Origin: Dimorphilus gyrociliatus | Taxonomy: Eukaryota > Animalia > Annelida | Length of the DNA stretch: 64,000 nt | Reading direction: 5' to 3' | Assembly: GCA_904063045.1 (NCBI GenBank) | Contig: CAJFCJ010000009.1 | Location: 42,942-106,941, forward strand | Part shown: one piece after another, positions 24,568-36,900 of the stretch | How positions within the stretch are numbered: position 1 is the first letter of the stretch | Layout of the letters: the number at the start of each line of letters is the position of its first letter | Program-made: the position numbers and the translations under genes | Notes under the pieces: generated by a model | Told to the model about the DNA's origin: nothing | The model's input: the letters and a program-made list of their open reading frames with translations, nothing else | The model's database searches: none

Positions 24568-25162
24568 ATTTTTACCCTCCTTTTGCTTAATTTTACAACT
24601 TTATAAATAAAATTTTAAACTTTGTACTCGTGGTTTTTTTTTAAAGATCTCTTCCTCTTATCTCCTATTCACTCATTCTTCCCTTCTTTCATACCTATCC
24701 CTTCTTAAGGACTGGTAGACCACACACACACATATATATATATATACTGTATATAGATCAGATATTTGTACCCTTTTTTGTATGGGACAAAAGGAGAAAC
24801 ACGAGAAGTTCAAACGAAATGAACTCGCCCGACTAGTATTTAACCTATTTATCTATCTTCCTCTTTTCATCTTGAATAGAACTGTTAAGCATTATGCGGG
24901 TACCGATTAATATGAGACATTCCCTTGCCTCCTATGCTCCCCTTCTTCCCTTTCAATATCGATTATTAACGCATGATTGCCAGCATGGAAAAAAACAAAA
25001 AAAAAATAATCAGTCATGTTCCTTTATAACGAACAAAGGAAGGAGAAGATTAGAACAGCGATCAAATCTAAACAATAGGATTACGGATCATAAAGCATCC
25101 TCATTTATATGTATATATCAATAATCAAAACGTGTCTTTTTTTTATTGAGACTTAATGCAGA

Positions 25163-25885
25163 TTAGGTTAAGACAGGAAGTTCTACAGCTGATTTCGAAT
25201 GCAATTCTGGAGTGTTATGCATGTACTCGTACTTGATAATGTCCTCGTCGTTGACTAGTACCCTCGGATCTCGAGGATATCTATAACCACCTGCGTGATG
25301 GACATCCAACTCTTCGTGATAGTATCCGTAGTATGCTGTGAATAGTAAAGCGTTTGTTTGTAAAAGAACAACAAATAAGGTGGGAATATAAAGATTATCT
25401 TTACATTTTGGTCCTCTCCAGGTAGGAAATCTTCTAGCCGTGTCAGCAGTTGGCCACGGTACGTGGGCGTTGTACATTGTAATAGCCGGAGTTCCTGTTC
25501 TGTAAAGATTAAACGGATTCCAAGCATAGCCTTGAAGTTGGAGAGCAGTAACCGGAGCATTCCTCCAACCAGAAGAAGCCTGTTTAGGACCGGATCCTGG
25601 TATATCTCTCTTCTTCATATATTCAACCCATTGTTTTTCAGATTGGAACTCGATTCTATGCGGCACGTTTTCTCTTGGTAAAGCCTTAATTTCGTGGTGC
25701 TTTTGCCAGCTACGATCTGTTGGGTTATAATAACCATGACCTTGCCAAACTTGCGATTTTCCATCTCCTCCATCGGCGTAATTATGGACGGGTCTTTCCC
25801 TTTCTGGACATTCTAAAAGGTTTCTTGTGTCAGCATTTATATGCGTTGCTTTTCTTCTATTAATATGTTCGAAAGAGTAAGCCAT
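25163..25885 (-). CDS. uncharacterized protein with a 69-nt in-frame intron (about 25339-25407); candidate ciliary protein
   Basis: Long ORF with a plausible GT-AG intron (gtaaag...ttcacag) read through in the ORF track. X-box-like motifs at the promoter. Confidence 0.7.
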   Translation of the reverse strand: MAYSFEHINRRKATHINADTRNLLECPERERPVHNYADGGDGKSQVWQGHGYYNPTDRSWQKHHEIKALPRENVPHRIEFQSEKQWVEYMKKRDIPGSGPKQASSGWRNAPVTALQLQGYAWNPFNLYRTGTPAITMYNAHVPWPTADTARRFPTWRGPKCKDNLYIPTLFVVLLQTNALLFTAYYGYYHEELDVHHAGGYRYPRDPRVLVNDEDIIKYEYMHNTPELHSKSAVELPVLT

Positions 25886-25971
25886 TTCCTAGCAATCTTT
25901 GCTACAATTCTTTGTTGCCAGGATAATACAAACTTTCCGTTGCCTTAATACTAGAGGTAACCAAGGGCAAT
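25884..25971. promoter_or_regulatory. cluster of RFX X-box-like motifs
   Basis: ATTTCCTAGCAAT (25884-25896), GTTGCCAGGATAAT (25914-25927), GTTGCC half-site (25939), GTAACCAAGGGCAAT (25957-25971). Confidence 0.55.
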
Positions 25972-26778
25972 TCGACACTTCTGATTGGCTAAGTATGCCT
26001 TTATCGCTCGGTCTATTTCGTTCTCTTGAGGATTGATACAAGTAATAAATAGACTAATCAATAATAAACACAAAAAACTTAATAAATTTTTGATTAAACT
26101 CAACTAAAATATTAATTTTAATTTATTTATCTTACATGTTTACTTAAATAACAATTATGAATGACTTTTTCGCGTCAAAATCTAAACGGCTTTCGTTATA
26201 TTCTTCAATAAATAATACTATTAATTATAGGCCAAATAAATGGCGGGAAAAAATTCACTCTAACAAGATTTTCTTTTTCATAGATTTGGTTGGCTGATCA
26301 GTCAAATTTTCAAAAATACTTAAAGATTCCTATATATGTAAAAGTATATATATATATATATAAATATATATAGACTTAAGAATAAATACTTAATAAGGTC
26401 TTTACAACTATAAGTGGGAAGGATTGGGAGAAAAAGTTACGAAAGTAATATTTTAAGGCGAAAATAGAGAGTATGAGAAAGAGAGAAAGAATGAATGAAT
26501 GATTTAAGCTGTTTGTTCAACTATTATTTAACCAACTAATGGCTTTAATGCAGTCCGTATGAATCGGGCTATTAACTCGACTTAGCCGAAATTCTAGATC
26601 AAACTTTTGCTTACAAGGAAATAAATTCACGTCGGTTACTTTGTCAATAGTAAAAAGAGGAAAATATTTAATATTTATATATATATTTGATTATCCATTA
26701 TCAAGGTCACTTATTTCTACAAATTAGTTGAAATTATTTCAACTATAATATACGTATAAATAAATAGATATTTTAATT

Positions 26779-26833
26779 ATTGTTGATGTTGTTATTGTTA
26801 TTGTTGTTGTTGTTGTTATTGTTGTTATTGTTA
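26779..26833. repeat. (TTG/TTA)n imperfect trinucleotide microsatellite
   Basis: ttgttgatgttgttattgttattgttgttgttgttgttattgttgttattgtta. Confidence 0.85.
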
Positions 26834-28059
26834 TAAGTCATTCCCTGTTAATAAGGATAGAATATTTCCTATTTTATTTATTCGTTTTTATAAACTTATA
26901 GCCATAGGGTTGCAAATATACACTTTACAATATGGTTGAGGGCGGCTGAGAATCCTTTCAAAATGGATTCGACAAAAACCCTTGATGTTTTTGACCTTGT
27001 AAATAGTGAAATATATCAAAATAAGGATAAATAACTTGCATATATTAAGTCTCTTCTTCAAGCATTCATTCATTGAATCTTAACCAATTTATACTCTTCT
27101 TTCAAGTGTTCGATTAAAAAACATAGATTTGTTTGAATCGTTTCTCTATATTCCATTCTTCGTGCCTTCGTTCCTATTTAATCATTTTTTTATCACAAAA
27201 TAAAGAAGTTGAAGATGAATTTGACCCTGTAATAGGATAGTCTATAAGTAAAGATTATAATAAAAAAATCCATTTTGTTTCTCATCAACCATTATCATCT
27301 ACTTCCTACCTATGGAACATTGGCCTTATAAACTCTGTCATTTTTACCTGATCTTGGTAAATTAATCAGTGTTAATTATGACATTTTACATTGATTAGAC
27401 GACTTTTTTCCTAAGTTAACAATATGTATTTACCTTAGTAGCAATAGTGTTTCTTTTCTCTCTGTATCTACCCGCTAACCTAGATTAATTCATTGAACAG
27501 CGAAAATGATTAAATGTGTTTTTTTTTTCAATCCAATTAAACAGCGACAATAGATTGTTAGTTAGAAATCTTTCGTGAAGTGTATGTATTCATAAACAAA
27601 AAAAAGAAATGACAACACGAAAGAATAATCTTGGTTAATTCACAGTTTTCTTAAAAATTTATTTAGTTATCCTTTTTGTCAAGTATGGCAATTGTCTGTT
27701 ATATAATGAATATTTTTATTTCGTATTTGCGTTTTAGTTTATTATTCTGTCGGTAATAAACATTTGCTTAAGAATCACTTCTTTTAAATGTCCAACTACT
27801 AAATACCAAGAATGAATTCTTTTTTTCTTATACCAGTATATACATAATACTCTATCACAAGTAATTACAATTCTCATTAAATCTTTTTCTAACGTCGTGC
27901 ACATTGAAAGGAGGCACGTTTCAGTAGTCCATGTATTTAATTGGAAAGCTTACTTATTTATTGCAAACTCAAAATTATCAAAAGTGACGACAGAGGATGA
28001 ATACGAAAGAATAAACATGTTATTCTGTAACAATGCACACGAATATAAAGCTTGCTAAG

Positions 28060-30947
28060 TTAATTTTCCATGGGTGGCTGACCTCCCTGAGGAGCTGGAG
28101 CTTCCTGTTGAGCACCAGCCTTCTTTGTTCCGGAGACGATATCATCAATACGTAAGAGAAGAATGGCAGTCTGAAATTGTTTAATATATTAGAAACATTC
28201 TTCTACGGAAAAACATTATTAAATATTTTTCGTAACTTACTTCAATAGCAGTTTTGTACGTTTGAGCCTTAACAGAAAATGGTTCCCAAACGCCAAGCTC
28301 CTTCATGTCTACCAAAACTCCTTTCTCTCCGTCAATACCCCAGGTTGACCCTCCAGCTGCGTGTTTAGCCCTTAGAGTTGTCAGTGTACGGATTGTGTTG
28401 GCTCCGCAGTTTTGAATTAAGGTTCTAGGAATAACCTCTAATGCTTTCGCAATTGCCTTGTATGGCCATTGCTTAACATCAGTGATAGACTTAGCCTTTT
28501 CAGTCAGCAGTTGCGACAGAGCCATTTCTCCGGCACCACCACCGGGAACTAAGCGAGGATCAATCATGACATTCCTAGCAACATTCATGGCGTCTTGTAA
28601 GTTTCTCTCCACCTCGTTCAAGATATCTTTCGAAGCTCCACGTAAGAGAATAGTACAGGCCTTGGGATCTTTACAATCGACAATAAAAGTGTAATAATCG
28701 TCTCCTATTTTTTTAATTTCAAATAAGCCGCAGCCCTTTCCAATGTCCTCCTCTTTAACTTCGTCGGTTCTAGAGAGAATGTTAGCTCCAACGGCTCTGG
28801 CTACTCTATTGTTGTCGGTTTTACGTAACCTTCTGATTACACTGATGTCGGCTTTGGCCAAGAAATGTTGTGCCAAATCCGAAACTCCTTTCTCAGTTAT
28901 AACTAAATCTGGTTTCAGAGCAATTATGTCGTCACAGATCTGTTTAATATACTCCTCCTCTAATTGCAAAATACGAGTAAAATCCGCTTCCTTAGAGATT
29001 TCTAAAGCCGTTTGACTTTCTCCTTTTTTGTATTCCAAATTGCAATCAAGTAGCATAATTCTAGGATTTTCTATACGTCTTCTCATACGTGGGTGGGTGA
29101 CGTCTTTATTTATCATTACACCATTTAGCACTTCCGAATCTTCAATACTACCACCCGGTAGCTTCTCAACTTTTGCATATCTCTTAATATCGATTTCCCT
29201 TCGACCATTTTCGGTAAGAGCTACCTTGCTAGTGGCATCTAATGCAATGTCGCAAGCCAAGTCAGACCAATTACTCATAAATTTTGTTCCAATGCAACTG
29301 TTGATTATTTTCTTCATTTCATCCTTATTTGTTACGTCAACTGGTACAGAGATCTTGTCTCTGAGCAGACTTATAATGTCATCTAGGGCTTGACGATAAG
29401 CCGAGACAATAACCGTTGGGTGCATTTTTTGTTCAAGAAAGGGTCCTGCCATAGACAGCGTTTCTCCAGCAAGAATAATAACAGACGTTGTTCCATCTCC
29501 AACTTCTTCATCTTGAGTTCTAGCAATTTCAATCATAGACTTTGCAGCCGGGTGCTGAACTGTAATCTCTCGCAAGATGGCGTTTCCGTCATTCGTCATA
29601 ACTATGCCGCCCATTGGATCCATCAACATCTGCAAAGCAGTACAACACTCACAAATAAGTTAAGAACAAACGCGACTAATATTGATATTCCATCTACAAG
29701 CATTAGCTTATCTTTCTAACAGATATGCTGGGTTGTAACTGCCTATGTCTACCATCAGGTGAGTATTTTTTTGTTTTCTTTTGAAAACACATGACAGATA
29801 GTTTAAGTGTACGTGCATATTTTAAATGTCGTTAATGCAATCTTAGACATGTGATTACTTTACGTCGAAAAAATTCCACAAGAGCCAACTTAGAGGCAGT
29901 TGTTATTAACAGACACCTTAAATTATTCAGTTATCTAGAGTGCTTTGTATACGATTTTATAACGCATATGATGTTTTATAATGGGGGAGTGATTATGATA
30001 TGAAATATTAATAAAAGAAATTACAAAAAAAAGAATGCAATTCAAAACAGAAAAGTATATTTGAGAAGAGATTTTTCAAAAAAATTGATAGTGAAATTTT
30101 CTTAGAACTCTACCTTAATTGTGATAAATTGGTCTTAGTATTGTCAACAAAATTATCTTTTTGTTACAAGGAAGATGTACGAGTGATGAGTCACCAAACT
30201 ATTTTGTATGGCTATAAGAGAAATTGATAAACAGAGTAGATAAATAAATAAATTGTACTTTGGGTGTTTGTCATAAACTGGAAACAAACTGGTACAAACA
30301 TTCTCTAGGATAAATAACTAAATTATATTTGTATACTCGAGAAGAATAAAAATGATTCTTGAGTATTTTCTAATAAACCTAAGAAGAAAGGAGTGTTGCA
30401 GTGAATGATCCAATTTAAATAAGTACTAATTTTAAATGAAATTCGTTAGAATTGACGTAAAAATATCTTGAAAGAACATTTGATAGATTGCTTATTATCT
30501 GTAATTAGATCTTAAGGAGAAAATCTACTAGAATATCGTGAAATTATAGTAAATGACTGATTAAAGTATTTGGTATGCTCATTACCTTCAACATGGCTCT
30601 CGGGCCCAAGCATGTTCTAATGACGTCCGCGATTGTCTGAAAAATTTTCGATAATTAGTTAAATTATGGCGATTTATTGTTATTTATATGAAGTCGATGG
30701 CGAAATTTTACAAATTTAACGATAAATTCCAACTTCACATAGCATTATCACATGCCGTGACAACGTGATTTTACCTTAGCAGCGGTAACATTGCCTAACT
30801 GGACTTTCTTTCCTTGTTCTCTTTTGATATTTCCATCTATAAAAAATCACTAATTAATACTAAAAGTATTTAAAGTGTGATTAAACGAATCTTGTATAAA
30901 ATGAGCTAAAACTGACTTAACACGATAACCGGCGCTCCTCGCATCAT
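28060..30947 (-). CDS. CCT3: T-complex protein 1 subunit gamma (CCT3); coding exons 30947-30917, about 30838-30774, about 30637-30587, 29630 to about 28240, about 28170-28060
   Basis: [31 protein letters not shown]|[17 protein letters not shown]|MLMDPMGGIVMTNDGNAILREI...GDGTTS. Confidence 0.97.
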
Positions 30948-33900
30948 TTTTTCGATGTCCAAAATAAGATTTCCGGTTTACAGCGCACTCTATTTCCGCT
31001 TTAAAATTGGAATCGAGCTGTGACTGCATATTTGCGGCTGACAAAGTAAAACAGACTGCGCACCATATCTTTTACATTCATTGCCATCTATCGTATAAAT
31101 TTGCCAATAATTTATCTCTTGATTTCTCAATATCTTTTGAAGACTCTTTGTGACAGTAGCAATTGCACAGGTCTAGCTATATAAAACGTATTGGTAATGA
31201 TTCTCATATCTTGATTAGGTCTTACTTAAAAAATTTATTTTAATAAAAACTATGAATGGTGAAGAAAAGTCAAAAAATCGAAAAGAAGGTATGTATATAT
31301 TACCGTTTAATGGTTAATATGAATAATACAATGGCTTAGTAACAAATGAAATAGGGAATTGTTTCGTTGTAAAACATAGTTGAGTGCTATCAATGTAAAC
31401 AGGCTTAACGAGGAAATGGCGATTCAGTTCATGGAGTTTGAACAGTGTTCGAGGTATGTAACATACTGTATATTTCTATATCTTCTTACACGAATGACTA
31501 AGACGTATTAAATCGTAATTGACATGTAAAACTTATCAATTCATAGTGTGAACTTGAGGGTAGTTCTATTTTTTTTCCATTTTATCACCAAAAAAGTCAT
31601 TTTATTACTATTATACTTCTTTTCTCAAAAAATCTAGGACATCATATTTAATCAGGTTACTTTTATTTCAGTTAGTCAATGAAGTTTTGGTTTATGACCA
31701 TGTGGTGCACGTCACCGCGTCGTAAGTTCTATTTGAGAATGCATGAAAAGTAGTTTTATGTATTTAGTAATACCCTTATATGCTGCATTTGCAAAAAAAG
31801 AAAAAAAAACCACGTAAAGTAAAATATTTTGTGATAGACTGAGAGAGAGAGGGAGAGAGAGAGAGTTTTAGCTGATATTAATAAAAGAAGAAAAGCAGAA
31901 TGAATGAATGCATGAATGAATGAATGAATAGAAAAAGTGAAAAATGGGGATAAATAGAATAAAATGATGCATTATAACTTAATCTATCCTTTTAATATGC
32001 GTGTTAGCATGCCTTTTAATTACAAATATAGACACGTCCACCTTATCCATTGACTCAGCTGTCGACCTCTTCAAAGATCAATATTGTTACTTTACTCAGT
32101 CGAATGTTTTTTTTTGGTTTATTTTATATATATATATATATATATACAGTGTATACAGCATATAAATATGCATTACACACATCTTTTTCTATGAGTAGTT
32201 TCGCACTTATATTTTTTTAAAACATTTATTTAATTCCATCGAAATGGCCAAAAAATGATCGATATTTTTATAGGAACAATAGTAATGATAGGCGATAATA
32301 AGATTTTAGAAAATGTTTTTATTTTTATTTTTCTTTTCTTTCTATCATATTTTTAATGAAACAAACTAAAGAAACCTTTAAAAAGCGTAAACGATTGCGT
32401 GAAACATCACCTGTAACCTCAATACCTGAAATTGATGAGAGGAAGGAAAATAATAATATGGGAGGTATTATACAAGTAATTTAATCGCCTTAGGAATTGA
32501 GCAAACTAATAACAAACGCCTTATAACAATTAGGGAGCTAATGTTGTTTATTGGATTATTGACTAATCTATATCACTACTGATATATTCTCATCTCTCAC
32601 TCTCACTCTTTTCCTCCTCCCCCTCCTCTCTCTCTCTCTTCATGGTTCTATTTTTTATATTTTTATTTACATAATTTTTTTTATTAATATATTAAAAAAA
32701 ATTAATAAAAACGTTAGAATAACAACTGCTTCTACAGAAAAACAAAACAATAAAAAAAAACAGATACATAAAGATGATAGAGAAAAAAAATTTAATAAAA
32801 TATTTATTATGCTTTTTGTATTATAGATTAACTTTTTGTGCGCATAAATTTACATATAAATATACAGTATAACTTTATATATATATTTAACGCTTTCTAA
32901 GCTTTTTGTCTTATTTAATGTAAATTTTTAACTTACAACTTTTGATATTGCTTAATTTCCTTCCATTTCCCTAAACTCCATCATCTTTATTAATTTGTAC
33001 CATTGTTTTTGCATGCTTAATATATTTTCATTCTGTTATTTTTCTTTTTATTTTGATTTTTTTTGTCCTTTTATGTTATGAAGTTAATTTCAGAAAAATT
33101 TTGTTTACCCGAGTCCGATTTCCCCGCACTGTCTGCAGATGTAAGACGTAGTCCTTCAGATGAAACCTTAATGTCGTTAAGTAAGTTTTGTTTGGTAGAA
33201 ATTTAAGTAATTATTATTTGTCTCACGTTATTTTTAGTGCATTGTTTTCTTTTCTCGTTATAAACGAATATTCTTAGCTGTAGACAAGTTTTGATATATG
33301 AGTAATTCTTTTGAGTGTGTCTGTGTGTGTGCGTGTCTTCCCCCGTTTTTATCTATTTTTTTGTGTCTTTTTTTATAAGAAATGATAAGTTTATTAATGA
33401 TAGGTTCAAAAGGGAGTACGGTCGATTCGGAACACAGATCGAGAAGTTCTGGCGATGTCTCTCTTGAATCGGAAAACTTAAAGGAAACGTCCAAGAGAAA
33501 AAAGCAAAAGTTCTTTTATAGTCTCAGGAATAAGGCCAGAAAATTACGTTCTAGGTCCCGAGAGAAATTATTCGGGTCGAGCAAAAGGCAATCTTCAACC
33601 GAATATGAAGGCTCTTCCGTTGATCACCCACTTCAACCGACTACCCGATTTAAAGAGTCGTCGTTTGCCATAACGAGGGATAAATCGTGCAGTGAAGCCA
33701 TGCTACCACTATTGGCAGCTGAGAACAATGAAAACGAAAGGGATTCAGGCATTACTGTAGGTGATCAGGTAAAAGTCCCTACACGCACAAATATGGTTTC
33801 ATTAATCGCTTTTTTATAGGAGGATGTGAACGTACTAAGGCAAAGAGCTCACGTATTAAGAAGTTATCCATTTTTTCATCTCGAAGTTGTGCTAAAGGAA

Positions 33901-36900
33901 GGCAGAGATCTGGTTATAAGAGATTCTTGCGGTAATTTATCTTTCTCTATAACCGTCGTAATCATTTCTGATCATTCTTTTTCGGTCGTATAACAGGTAC
34001 TAGTGATCCTTATGTTATCTTTAAGATTGGCAGAAAACAATATTATAAAAGTCGAATTCTATTTAAAAACTTGAATCCTCAATGGGACGAAAAATTTACT
34101 ATTCCCATAGAGGACCCTTTTGCTCCTATTTCTGTAAAAGTATTCGACTACGATAGAGGACCAAAAGATGATCCAATGGGCAAGGCGGTAATCGATTTAA
34201 CATCTGTAGATATAAATAAGTAAGTCGTATAAATGTTTAACGCTTTTTTTTAAGTTTCATCGAACAAAAATCTAATAATCAATTTATTCTTTAGTTCAAC
34301 TGATTTGAAATTGAATCTGCAACCCGATCGAAATGGTAAAGTGAGAGAAGATTATATGGGCTATTTACTCTTGCAAGTTAATTTAGTTCCCAAATCTCAG
34401 GAAGATAAAGATCATGTAAGTGAAATTATGTTTTTTTTCTTTCATTTATATTTCTTAAATTTCTTATTGAATCGCTTCTTCTTTTTCTCTCTTATCTTAG
34501 AATACTCGTTTCTCTCTGAATTCATTAAATTTTTTTCTATTTTCTTATTTATTTAAACTCTTTTTTCCATTTTCCATAAACATTTTATAAAGTAAAAGAA
34601 ACAACATTTAAAAAGAAACGTATAAACAAAAATCAACTATCTATGTATATGATTTTTATTATCAGAACGTAACGGTAGAATCTCCAAAGGTAAAGCATTT
34701 GTTGTATAGATAAATATATATATATATATAGATTTATATATGTGTATATATGTATATAAACATTTTAGAGCCTTTATATAGTATATACATATGTATGTAG
34801 TCAACATAAACCTTTTTTTTTGTTTTTTTGTATGCCGTGTATATAATACCATATACTGTAAACTATCTATTCAATGATAAAAAACTAATGTCCAGCATTT
34901 AATAAGCTGTTAATCGCTTATGTTGTATACGAGATATATGTGTAGTAGGAATAAACCATATACTAATATACTGTATATACTATATATACAGTATAAATAT
35001 ATGAATCTTTTTAAAGCATGTACAATTTTAAAACATCTCTATCCTTTTAATGTTTTACTCTATATCCCATATTTTTCCTATTGTAGATATAGTAATATTT
35101 TATATATACAGTATATACATTTATATACAGTATACAGTATGTTTATGTTTTTTTTATACCTTACATAAACTTGTTTTGTTAATATTTGAAATAGAAAAGT
35201 CTTAATTATCATTATTAATCTTATCTAATATTTAAATTGGAAATTGTTATTTTATATTTAATTATTTATTCAGTTTACAAGGAAGCACGGACGTTTTAAT
35301 GATTCTAAGAGGATGAAAACTCAAATATGGTCTTCGGTTGTTAGTATCGTGTTAGTTAGCGCTGAAGATTTATTACCGATGGACGATAATGGATTTAGCG
35401 ACCCTTACGTTAAATTTCGTTTGGGTAATGAGAAATATAAATCAAAATGGAAACCTAAAACTTTGAAACCAACCTGGTTAGAGCAATTTAACCTTCACAT
35501 GTTTGACGATCAAACTTCGCATTTAGAGTTGTCGGTTTGGGATCACGACTCGGGTGGTCGAGATGATTTTATGGGTCGTTGTCTCATTGATTTATCTGAA
35601 TTTAAGACTGAAGCAACTCATTCTCTTCATTACAAATTAGAGGATGGAGCGGGCATAGTTCATTTATTATTAACTGTGACTGGTACGACTGGTAGCGAAA
35701 CTGTTTCCGATCTCGCGACCCATCAACCAAATCCTAAAGATAGAGAAAACATAGTAAGAAAATATGGCATACTAAATAGTTTTCGACATATAAGGGACGT
35801 TGGTTGGTTACAAGTTAAAGGTTACTGTTTTTTTTATTATATTTAAACTTTCAAACCTATCTCTATGCCTAATCAAATATTTTCTTATTAAACACAGTGA
35901 TTAGAGCAAGGGGATTGGCCGCTGCTGACATAGGTGGAAAAAGTGATCCATTCTGTGTTATTGAACTCGTCAACGACCGTTTACAAACGCAAACAGAATA
36001 TAAAACATTATCTCCTGAATGGGGGAAAATATTTACGTTCAATGTAAAAGATATCCACTCGGCTTTGGAGATAACTGTTTACGATGAAGATAGAGATAAA
36101 AAAGTTGAATTTCTAGGAAAGATAGCCTTACCATTAATTAAGGTAAATAGACGGCTTTCTATTTTTATCAGGACGATTTAGTATTCGTTTAAGGTGTAAA
36201 AACAGATTAAACCATTTGAAAGAAAATGGTTTACATTAAAAGATAAGAAGTTAATTAATAGCGCAAAAGGGGCAATTGAATTGGAATTGGACCTAATCTA
36301 TAATCATGTAAGAATTATCGATGTTAGACAAAATATACACACCGTTGACTGTAGATTATTTTTACCCGTCTCCCTCAATTTTCTACCCATCCAGCTCTTA
36401 CTTGATTTTACCTTTATATATTTATATTAAATATACAATATTCAATATATAAAGATATATCAATAGACTATAAAGTATAATAAGAACTATAGTTTAGTTG
36501 AATAGAGACTTATTATGAATGTTTTACAGTATTTACTGTATAGTAGAGTTTATTTTTGTCAATTTTCAATGATTAATATATTATAATAATGTTTATTGCT
36601 ATCATATAATTTAAAAATTATATATACTTTCTTTTGCATGGCAAACTTTTTGTATCGTGTTGTTTTTCTTTTTTTTCCCGCCCCTTCCTCCAAAATCAAA
36701 CGTTGAACAGATACGAAATAGGGAAAAAAGATGGTATCAACTTAAAGACAAGAAAACGATACTTAAAGTTAAAGGAGCTATTCTACTGGAATTGGATTTA
36801 ATATTTAATCATGTAAGATTTCAAATTGGACAACTGTTAAAAATTTATATAATAATGGCTCTAGTTATCTTCTTTTGACTACCATTTTTATTATTTAGAT

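Noticed and set aside
25339-25407. Hydrophobic segment (CKDNLYIPTLFVVLLQTNALLFT) suggesting a TM helix
   Set aside because: It is a 69-nt GT-AG intron without a stop, read through by the ORF finder. The same applies to hydrophobic read-throughs in nicalin and INTS3.
27312-27362. Micropeptide MEHWPYKLCHFYLIL spliced in phase 0 to the 29723 exon (…[13 protein letters not shown])
   Set aside because: Possible uORF but requires an unverified 2.4-kb splice. Kept only as a candidate upstream donor.
28458-29719. Several + strand ORFs (78-121 aa) over CCT3
   Set aside because: Antisense shadows of the conserved CCT3 coding strand, with no independent motifs.
30850-31175. Minus-strand ORFs upstream of CCT3 (e.g. 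[12 protein letters not shown]…)
   Set aside because: No in-frame ATG could be linked, and upstream candidate exons contain stops. The true CCT3 start is at 30947 and this interval looks like promoter/5'UTR.
34305-35168. ORFs rich in F/Y/I in MCTP introns
   Set aside because: Read-through of AT-rich intronic microsatellite sequence; only the first 111 nt (about 34305-34415) are a real exon.
36149-36375. AGACGG/CCGTCT complementarity flanking MCTP exon A as a possible docking-selector pair
   Set aside because: Only 6 bp and does not extend; expected by chance.
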